Assembly: GCA_051530055.1 (NCBI GenBank)
Contig: JBMGUZ010000018.1
Coordinates: 1 to 43,856 of the forward strand
DNA from: Neoechinorhynchus agilis
Taxonomy: Eukaryota > Animalia > Acanthocephala
Direction: 5' to 3'
DNA length: 43,856 nt
The stretch's first letter is position 1. Each line of letters starts with the position of its first letter. Below are positions 21,957 through 31,745 of this stretch, piece after piece. The position numbers and the translations under genes were made by a program. The notes under the pieces were generated by a model. It was not told where the DNA came from. It searched no databases and was given only the letters and a program-made list of their open reading frames with translations.

Positions 21957-23669
21957 TCAGCGCTCGGCAACTGCCTGAGCGAAGAGTTCCTGACCTAGAA
22001 TCCGACACATTTCGGCCTCGGTCAGGTCGGACACCGGCACTTTATTAAGTTTCGGTAATCCAAATAGCGACGTGAGACATTGAACTGTCTTGTCCTCCCA
22101 TTGTGCTTTCTGACGATTTTTAATTGCATCAGTCGCAAGTAACCACTCGCCCTGTCCGATACGGGCGTTGATGTTTTCAGCTGGAACTCTGTCCTGAGTA
22201 CCAACTGCTTTCTTGGTCCTACCATCCAATATGGTGGATCGAACCAAAGTCTTTCGATTTGATATCATTTTCGAAAAGACTGAGGTCCTATTGTAGAGCA
22301 AAGCTACATAGTTCCCTATTGCCTTCTCCCAGACTACTGGGTTCCGGTGTCTTATGAATTCAAAGTCTTCTCCGACTGTGGATTCGATTTTGCCCAAGCA
22401 AGAGTTTATCCTACTTGTAACAGCTTGTTCCCAAGCAGTCATTGGACCGTTTAGGAGTTTTGGCCTCATCAAAGCTAATCTCTTCACCTCTTCTCTTTCT
22501 TTTCACAGAGGGAGCGAATTACTGCAGTTACAAGTGTCCTGGTGACTATCGCCACCTAGGATCGGCGAGATCAGAAGAATTAAATCGTTCTTCCAGTTTC
22601 TCGTAATCCTCCACCAGTTTCTTGACTGGGCAAAAGGAATGTCCCACTTCTTTTCAGAGGCAATCCCTGCGAGTAAGTGGACCATAAACCCTAAGGCCAT
22701 CTTAGCTGGACCTTCTGGTTTTAAACCTGCGGCGGTTGGAACTGCCACCAGCAAGTCGATTAGAGCGGCTAAGTTTGATACCGCTTCTAATTCTTTTGTT
22801 CGGCCCGGGACACTTAATGCGTCCGAGGCTTCTTCTCGAGTGAGTGGGTTTTCATCCCACACAGTCTTAAAAGACAATTCACTATTTGTGAATTATCTGC
22901 AATTAGTTCGCACCCTGCAATCAGGGATGCTCCTAATTAGTTGTGGTAGAATCTAGGAAATTCTGCCTCCAAGTTTCCGGTGATAACCACACGGTTTTAT
23001 CCCTTCTTAGTCCCTTTAGATAGGGAGCTGTGATGCGCGCGGAGGAGTCGACCCGTTCGCGTGCCCGCTTCGAGTTCGCAGGCAAGTTGACTACGTTTCC
23101 TGGGTTGTTCTTAAGCAGCCAAGAGAGCACGGATGTGCCACTCGCAAGTGCTATTGCTACATCCTCTACTCGTGGTACGTAGCCCCAGGTTCTGCTCACA
23201 GGCTTGCGGCCTTGCCGCTTCATCCAAGCCCTGTATTCGGCCACATCTAGTGCCGGAGTGTGATCCAGGGCCTCAGATGCTCCGTCCAGTGCTCGGACCG
23301 CTTGTTCCTGCAGCAATCTCGTTTGGGTGTTCGGCGCTGTCCATCTGATTCTTCTTAGGCAACGGGACATTGCGCGTGCTGCTTTCGCTCTATCGTCCAT
23401 GTCGATCCTTCTTAGCTGTTCCAGCCAACCGGCGTTGAAGAAGGTGGTTTGAAGACGCACAAAGAGGTACCAACTGTCTGCTTCTGCAGGTATTCCACTC
23501 ACTCCTCTTAAAGCCGTAGTAATGCTCTGCAATATAGTCGTAAATGTCCTCAAAAGACGTTAGGTTCGATGGCATCTTATCCCCTCAGTTAAATCATCAT
23601 CGTCGTCATATCGGCCTTTTAACCGTATAACGCCGCGTGCGGAGCTCTTGCGAGGCAGGTAGTCGCTTT
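21957..23669 (-). pseudogene. Unidentified intronless ORF chain (~570 aa when joined), virus-like candidate
   Basis: Consecutive same-strand frames 23390..23575 / 22933..23553 / 22503..22877 / 21957..22487 overlap or abut through frameshifts, with consistent globular composition; no family motif recognised. Confidence 0.5.
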
Positions 23670-25038
23670 TGAAATTGTTAAGGTTTCGCCATGTGAATCG
23701 CCTTGTTCCCCGCTCATTGTTGTCGAACTCTTTCATTCTCTTATTTTGCCTGAATTTGGTTTCAATTTTTTATGAACTTTCGATGTCGCCGTATCTTCGT
23801 TTTCGATTTTCGATATTGGATTCACTTCTTCTTTTTCATTCGAACCTGGAATAATGAAATTTTTCTTGTTGTTCCCATTGATGACTTCATCGACGATTTG
23901 GTTCCATCCTTCCAAGTGTTTTTAATTTCATGATTGTATGATACGTTCAAATCAGTTTCTTTATTGTTGTTTCTGATGTCCACTTTCTGAGTTAGCCATT
24001 GATTTTGATTTGTTTTACGTTCCTTCGAATTACAAATTTTGGTTGTAATGTCCTTTCAAAGTGTCCACCAGTCGTAATCCGTTTAATGAAATTTTGGTAA
24101 TTCCCCAATTTTTTAACGTACGTCAGCTGATCATAGTGATCGATATGAAGAATCGATTTGATCTTAACATTTTTAGATTGATTTATCTTTTACGGATCGC
24201 TTTACGTAGGCCATTGATTGTGATTGATTTTACGTTCCTTCGGATTACAAATTGTAGTTGTGATGTTCTTTAAAAGTCTCCCCCAGTCATAATCCCTTCT
24301 AATCTCTCGCTTTCCTAAGCGATCTTCTTATGTTCATGGATGTTAATTTGAAAACGCGTTCATTTGCTCAATGCAAAATACTTGTTGTGAAACGACCAAC
24401 ATTATCTTATTTCACGTTTGTTTGCCTTCTGGCGATTTATCCAAATATTATCCGATTTTGCGGCCACATTCTCTTCCCGTTAAGTTGCCCCATGAACGAT
24501 GGCTATACTTAAGAAGATTGCAAATTTCGAAAGGGATCAGGGTCGAGTAGACCAAACAAACGATTTTCTCCCCCGGAAGTTTTTAAAATGCTAAAATCTT
24601 TATTAGAACATTGCGTTTTTTCAAAAGTTGCAAATAAAATATATCCTAAAATGTTAACAACACAGATTTGCATTCACTTAATTGAGATCATTTCATTAAA
24701 ATTCTTCGGACGTTTCCTAGTTCAGCTTTTGCTCGAATTCTTATCGTTAAATGCAATTTAGAAACTATTTTATTTTCAATAACATTTGAAGAATGTGCTT
24801 CTAGCAACTATCGCACACAGGAGCATTATAAATATCGCTGTCCACATTATATACAAATTACAACGATCGCCATCTGAGTCGCATTCTTGCTCCCCGCTCA
24901 TTGTTGTCGAACTCTTCGATTCTCTTATTTTCCCTGAATTCGATTTTTCAATTTTTTATGAACTTGCGATGTCGCCAGTTGTGGTAGCCATATACGAACA
25001 ACTGGTTTGTTATTCGAAGTCTGCCTTCCAACTAGCAC
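23086..25038. repeat. Segmental duplication, copy 2 (paralog of 1-3104, lacking the piggyBac)
   Basis: Direct sequence match; junction aatgtc-cttt-caaagtg at 24047-24063. Confidence 0.95.
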
Positions 25039-25118
25039 TGCTTGGTCCGAATCGATATTCAATGCGACGCACATACTTTTATGTGTATCGCATGGATCAA
25101 TTCTTAGCGCGCATCACA

Positions 25119-25232
25119 GACGTCGCACTCTTCGTGCTCCTCGTTGCCCAGACCTTTTTGAAATAATTCTCTCCCCATCCGTAAACTCCGCGACTTACTC
25201 CACAGAGACCGTGGACCTCTCATATGTCGGGG
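25119..25232. repeat. Isolated fragment of the 336-bp satellite unit
   Basis: gacgtcgcactcttc...gagaccgtggac...catatgtcgggga matches 40612-40725. Confidence 0.9.
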
Positions 25233-26030
25233 AACTGATCCACAGTTAGCACATTGTCTCGATGACTTTTGGCAGGCTGAAGAATGATGATCTGCAGCAC
25301 AGAAGGCGCAAACAGTTTTCTTGGAGGGGCATTTTTGTGCCCAGTGTCCTCATTTCTGACAGAGGTTACATCTCGGAAATATAAAATCATCTTGGAGTGA
25401 GATTTTGTTCTTTACAAATTTTACTTCCATCGACATGAAGGAACAAGAGGATGTTGTCAATTTCTCTCGAATGTGAACTGGAGCTTTTACCACTGCTCGT
25501 GGGATTGGTTTGCCGGTTTTCAATGATTTCAGGAAAAAGACTACTTCACAGCCAACTTTCCATTCGAAAGCTTTCCTGTCCTCAAGTGCTATATACGGAG
25601 ATAGACCCGAGACTATGAAAGTTGACTTATAGCTGGAGTCAGTAATTTTAAGAGAAGGGTCCGTATTGAAACTGTTTAGGAAGACGTTATATTGTTTCAT
25701 AAAGATATCAGAGACGAATTGGATTTTCAAGGTACCTCCATAATATGAGATGGAATTGATGCGATTATAATCATCTTTCAAAGAACGCAGCCATGGCGTA
25801 ACATATTTGTTGTGTAGAAGATTTCGAGGTTGGATTGGATTAGTTGTGAGCGAGACTGAGAATTGTGTATTTTTTAATCGGGAGATCCTGATATTGTAAA
25901 TCATTGGGTGAATTTTGTCGGATATTTCCGAAAGGCTGATGACAGGTTTCCGGGAGAGTAGAGATTGGGTTATTCGGAGTTTGGTGCATGTTCCCGAAGA
26001 AATGTTGTGTGCCCGGAAGGGACTAGTGAC
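25230..26030 (-). mobile_element. LINE ORF1 (Gag-like; Jockey/I/R1 type) with three zinc knuckles, premature stop, ORF2 absent
   Basis: PRCNLCQK*GHWAQKC (CX2CX4HX4C), CAFCAADHHSSAC (CX2CX3HX4C) and CANCGS..H; the TGA at 25350-25352 sits where W/F is typical. Confidence 0.85.
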
Positions 26031-26034
26031 TGAC

Positions 26035-29000
26035 TTATGGGTTGGATTCCCTATCTTCGTCTCCATCCATATCCATTGGTTCCGTGACGACATCATCCGG
26101 AGGAACGGGTGGGATAACAAAGGCAGGCGAAGGATGAATGGGTGGCCGTATGCCACCCTCCACCGCAACGAGTGCCGATGACAGTTCTATTCTTTCTAGA
26201 CGAGGTGTCGTTAATCGTACCCAAGACCCAGGATGCCTCAGGTGTAACAGTCTTGACAGAGACTTGCATCGTATCAAGCCTCATACTAAGTTTATCGTAG
26301 TCTCGGTAAGACGTCCGGGGGAGAGTAGTAGGCTAGTTCGTCCTGGGGTCCGCACCTATCATGAGCAGCAGGAAGATCCTCAACTCTGAGGATTCCGAGC
26401 TGAATGAGAGGGTACAAATAGAGACCCGGGTCGTAGTGCCAAAAGAGACGAACACCCGATGAATAAGGCACATTTAGCCTACCCATCACTTGGTGGTGTA
26501 ATGTATTTCCTGACAATGGCATATATGATAGGAGCTCTTCCTGTAAAGGAATTTGATCAAAGGACTCGTTCGTTGGAGAACCATTAAGAATTGATAGGCC
26601 CATACCGTCGTAGGGAAATCCGCCCATACCGTTAGAGTGATCATAGGTAAAGCGCTGTACTTGAATTGCCACCTCTTCAAGAGTAACGGCGATGACCACA
26701 AACTCTTTGTCGGACGTTTTAGCAAAGGCATCCATCAGCACAAAATAATTGAAAGTTCCGCCAGAATAATTCATGTAGATTTCATCAATGAGTGTCGGGT
26801 TCCAGACAGTGGCCACTAGACGAATGAGCTGTTCGTGTGGAACAGGAAAGTACTGTTCCATAAGTGCTAGGACTCTCCCATCATACGCCCAGTTATGTCT
26901 GACATCCCCTTCTACCCATGAGACATTATTAACAGCAATTGAACTCAAGTACTCGACCAAAGACATGCGAATCCATATCACCTCGAAGGGTTGGGAAGAC
27001 CACATCCGTTTAATTGTGCCTACCAAATTCGTCTCACCATTCGGCGGAGGGCTGGTAACTTCAGGATTTTTATCGAACGGGAGCAATGCACTCAACCTAG
27101 CGAGGGTAGCCGGAGAACCATCTCGATAATGATCTAATGAAGCGGAACCGCATAGTGTAAGGTAGGACATCTTTTCGTTGCGGCGCATAAGCATAGGACT
27201 TAGATGGCTGACTATGTTCAAAATTCGAGTGAAGTCCATCTGAGCGGTAACATCGATATCATCGGATAGGACAAGATGAAAGATGTGATCCCAGCACGTT
27301 TTGGTCTTAATGACAGCTGGTGCTGCTGTACGCTCTCCAGCGAAAATATGAAGGGATTCTGGCCGTGAGTCGGACCCAGGACGAACGATAATTGAATTCT
27401 CACGCCAGTCGTCATTTGCTTCGGGGCCAATAATGCCTGAACTGCAATAAGCGAAACCGCCAGCTAACCAGAGAGGTGCGCGCATATCAGCGAGATGAAC
27501 CGTGGTCCCGACATAATGTTGGACGTCTTTAATCTTATCATCTCTGTAGAAAACGCACTTCGTAGCGGCCATTGTTCGCATACTCGGAGTCAAGAAATCG
27601 CCGTTTTCATATGTTGAAGTCCATGGTCATGAAGCAGAATTGGAGGTTCAGATGCGAGAAGGATGACTCTAGCAAGTGGTAAAGTTCGAAAAAGAGAGTA
27701 ATTTCCGGTCAATACGGTTGTCATTTGATATCCCGTTGGGATGGCATGCATTAGGCTATTCCACTCCTCAGAGAGTCGTTCAGCATAACCATCACCCCCA
27801 GCTAGAACAGTGGAGATATACGAACCCACAAACGAGCTCACACCGTTTCTAGCTAAAGTGGTGACAGCGTCCGCTGAAATCCAACCCGAAGAGCAGAATT
27901 GCATAAAATGTCTATTCCGTAGAGAAGAAAGAAGAGCTAGCCTTCTGGATACGCGCCACTCGGCCTTCTCCAGTAGCTCTCCCTGGCCATCCAACAATTC
28001 GAGTTCTTTGCAGAAGGCTGCACAGAGATTTTGATAACGGGAAGCTAAACCGTAAGCTCAGGCCCTAAGCATAGGCATATTAGAACGGTGTGAATAGCAT
28101 AATCCCATTAACCTTTTCTTAGATGTTCCAATTTTATTCAATAAGTGGGCTCGAACTCTGACATCATTGCGAATTTTGTGATCAATATCCGAGGACTTCT
28201 CATTTATGGTTGTCGCGAGTGAAGGATCCGTTTCTATCAGTGGGAACAAAAGAATTGGTACTACTGTAACGCCCTCTCTTTATGACTCTGACTGTCTCCG
28301 TCTGCCCCATTGTAGCTCTAGCCCTGGACACGTAAGCCATGAAAGCAGTCCCTAAATCCACTGGACAATTCACGAGGGATTCGAGATCCAAATCGTTACG
28401 ATAGACATTCATAAAAGGCAAGTCATCAAGATTAGCAGTAGCCTTAATCTCCTCCATAACCCCATCTATTATGGCGAGACTATCATCTATACCGTTCTGA
28501 GCGACACGCAAATCTTCCAAGGCTTGATTCAGTACAGTATCGCGAGGCCTCTTCTTTAAGAGTTCGCGTGCTTTGGCTACTTCGGTTTCATTCGCAGTCA
28601 TAAGGCCGATAAAGTGAGCCTTCCTATCATCAAGAATCTTGATAGCATCGTCTCGAAACTTGGCTCGCGCTTTCGTGGGATTATTTGTGTCCAACAAGTT
28701 CTTACAAGATGCATCGATCGTATAAACCGTTCGAGAAAACTCTCCTTGTTCTTCAGAACTAGATAATCGGCACCGTTCTTTTCCCAAGATAGATCGACTA
28801 GCCGGTGTGGTGGACGGACTCTTCTCTTTTATTTGTCCCGTAACGGGAGTAGCCAACTCAGGTCCTACTACAGATTCAATAGCAGTCGGCATTTTGGAAG
28901 TTATAGCGGATTGAGCCCGTTTCAAAAGAGTCCGAATGATTATGTTCATCCTCGCTTCCTTTGTGGTCAGAGCGTTAAAAGTGTCCATAGGGACACCCAA

Positions 29001-30190
29001 TGCAGTGACGAGACCCCCTCCGGAGATATCGGCTTTGGAGAGTTGCTTCAACTTAAATAGCTGAGCCACTACTAGGCATTGTAATAGAATAAAGTTTGAC
29101 GAGTTTCTCTTCAATCTAATCGTATGCCCATTTTGCGAGATTTCAAACAAATCTCTTGAAGATAGCTCATTATTTGGAGAAAAGCATGAGAAAATGCGAT
29201 TAAAAAGATAGTGTGGTCAAGTGTAAGTGGCCGATTCGATCACATCTTCCGGAACAATATCACGATTACAGTTGCGACAGTTTCTCAAAGAGAATGATCC
29301 GTAAAGGTCGTAATAGTCCGCTTCAGAAAATAAAGGTTGCAGAGAAGCATTGACTTCATAATGATTCAAGGTCTCTAGAGTTGGTGAACATCGCAAGGCG
29401 ACCCTCTTCAATAAATCAAAATACGACTCTAGGAAAATACTTTGCTCGTTCTGAGGAAAATCCAACGTAAGAGGAGATACTTCAAAGCCACCTTTCCTCA
29501 ACTCCGGATTCTGCATAGGAGCACAAGTATCATAAACTTTTTTAGGATATCTGGAAATTATAGCTGGAGCAGACTCAGTCATAGTTTCTTGATTAGCAGT
29601 AGCAAACGAACATAGTCCGAGAGCAGTCCAATTTTCGGGATCACCAGAAGATAGTGGCAACTCGGCCTCTGAAATCGCAGACCCGGCGATAGAGGTCTGA
29701 CACGGCTTGGAAATCGCCTCTCCGATAGCGGCAAGTTCTACTTGGGATATACAAACATCGTCACAATCAGAGAAACGAACTCTCGGCTGTCGGTTTAAGG
29801 ATAAGGTCGGTTCGTGCGCAGAAGTGGTCTCTGCTGTAGGCGTCGCCTCAGTGATATGTGCCTTGACACGCTTATTTGCGATCAAGAGGACTGAAAGGTC
29901 CTTCTGCTCTGACTCATTCCGTGATTCATATAAGCGGTAGGATTCGGAGGATCACGGACGTAACCGATAGGCTTAACACTATCGCAACGGAATTATCTGA
30001 AACACTCACACAATCACTCACATCAATTTTTACATTGCGATCAAGAGGACTGAGAGACTCCTATCTCTACCAGAAGGCTTGAAATTTGGATGAACCAGGG
30101 AGCGACCTGGCTTAGTTACCAAACCCGAGTCTCCGATAGGGATGAAGCTCGCTTCCTGAACCGAAACCCCAAGTTCACTAACATGCTGAA
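26035..30190 (-). pseudogene. Virus-like ORF family copy 2, the most complete (~1,280 aa from 29885); candidate dsRNA toti-like capsid/ORF1, family unconfirmed
   Basis: 29217..29885 and 28200..29150 are one frame split by a single TGA; 28058..28249 and 27590..27997 likewise; then 26292..27593 and a Pro/acidic tail (PPVPPDDVVTEPMDMDGDEDRESNP*, ending 26035). No introns over ~3.8 kb; two paralogs in the window. Confidence 0.6.
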
Positions 30191-30559
30191 ACTAAGAAAA
30201 AGAAAGTTAAAAAGATTTCTTGAATTATTATCTTCGGGGGGAGTGCGATTAAATCAATATCATTAATAAGACATCGATTAAAGCATTCTGTAGATTTAGA
30301 GGACGGCGCTCAGTGCGCTCAACAACATCCATCTCAAGACAGCTAACATCGCAGAAAGGTTCATGGACGTTAGTGGCTTGCGGCCATTGCTTTAGCAACA
30401 ACCGTCAACGAATTTATAAAGTCATCGAAAACGGTACACTTACACCTCTCAAGGGGTATGACGGCGCCTATGTAATTGGCGAGCCTACCCCAGGCACTCA
30501 CGAAACGAACTCCTCGGTCAACAGCTATGAACAGACGCAACCCGACGTCCAACCAATCA

Positions 30560-30828
30560 TGCCGCCAGCGAGTAGCACCTGCTCCCCATTCACAGGAAAG
30601 AGGGCGGACTAGCCCTCAAGATCTCCCCGGACCTCGGCGGATTACTTCAAGGCGGAGGGTGGCTAGCACGATAAGTCTCCCTCTACAACAAATACCGGTT
30701 CCGGCGCCTGACGCTGGAGTACCAGACGGCCGCATCGCGCACGTGGTCCGGCACGATCGCCGTGTGGTACGACCCCGACAACTCACCGCCATCGAAGACG
30801 TAGTACGCCCAGTCATCGGGCAACGCAA
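30560..30828 (+). pseudogene. EVE: S-domain jelly-roll capsid fragment (tombus/noda/sobemo-like +ssRNA virus)
   Basis: Frame not in the ORF track: KISPDLGGLLQGGGWLAR*VSLYNKYRFRRLTLEYQTAASRTWSGTIAVWYDPDNSPPSKT*, matching the S-domain pattern WL..A..Y.KY.F..L...Y.....T..G.I...D.D..P; stops at 30672 and 30801. Confidence 0.8.
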
Positions 30829-31578
30829 CAATCTTCCGATGTATTTTCGCAAGCAACGGATATTCTACACAAGAAGTAGACCGGATGATTGACCGGGTAA
30901 ACAACCGTCGAAATCGGAACGATCGTTTTATCGATTTATCACTGTTGAGAATCCCGTATATATCCGAAGATTGTTGAAATAAACTGGTCCGCTGTTTCGT
31001 TCATCCACCATGTCAACAGGAACGTGAAGCGAATACTTCGGGAATGCCATGTTAGAGCACGGGTTGTGCATATGACCAGTCTTTCCTTAAGAAAACTGTT
31101 GATGAGGACAAATCACCACGAGGATCAGGAGAATTGTCCAAAAAAGTGCATTATGTGCACTCAATGTCAATTGAATAATGAAGGTGGATGTCGAAGACCG
31201 AAGGCATCCTGTATGATGAGCGACGTGGTATGCCGGATCACATGCGGCAATTGCAAGGACCAGGGGAAATCCTGCTGCTACATTGGAAAGACGGAGCGGA
31301 GGCTACACCAGCGGGTAACTGAGCATTTCTGTAATGCACGTAACCAGCACGCACCGTCGTACGCGTCAGCACCGTTGGCCACCCATTTTGCTAACCACCA
31401 CAATAATGTTAGCCCAGCCTTGGGGGTGGGGGTTCTCTACAGGGCATCTGATCCTGTAGACCTTTCCATTGCCGAGGCTCTGCTTATTAGTCGTGGAGGA
31501 GTAACAGGGTCGGTGGCACCAACTAATGCGTTACTCAATCGGAAGGATGAATTGTCCGACAGTTTATCCCTTTTCTGA
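30829..31578 (+). mobile_element. Penelope-like element, 3' fragment (RT thumb, Cys-rich linker, GIY-YIG endonuclease)
   Basis: IFASNGYSTQEVDRMI, LRIPYISE, CPKKCIMC, VVCRITCGNC..YIGKTERRLHQRVTEH, LSIAEALLI, LNRKDE. Confidence 0.88.
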
Positions 31579-31644
31579 CCCTTTCTGAGTGAGTGAGAGT
31601 CCCCGAAGAAGCCGTGAAGCGGCGAAAATTCGGACAAAATAAAA

Positions 31645-31745
31645 AACATTGAATGTTTTTAAGGTGTTGAGGCCTAAGCTCGTCTAAACCTTGACCGGAT
31701 CCACTAGTGGAGGAGGATATTGCCGAATTGAGTTCGTTTACAAAT
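31645..31745 (-). mobile_element. Third CRE-clade fragment (~100 bp)
   Basis: NELNSAISSSTSGSGQGLDELRPQHLKN versus SEMKKAISTFANGSGHGLDGLRPQHLKD in the main CRE. Confidence 0.75.

Noticed and set aside
30370-30904. ORF-track calls 30370..30552 (-), 30476..30892 (+), 30616..30852 (-) and 30683..30904 (-)
   Set aside because: Alternative or antisense frames over the stop-interrupted S-domain capsid frame; none has recognisable motifs.
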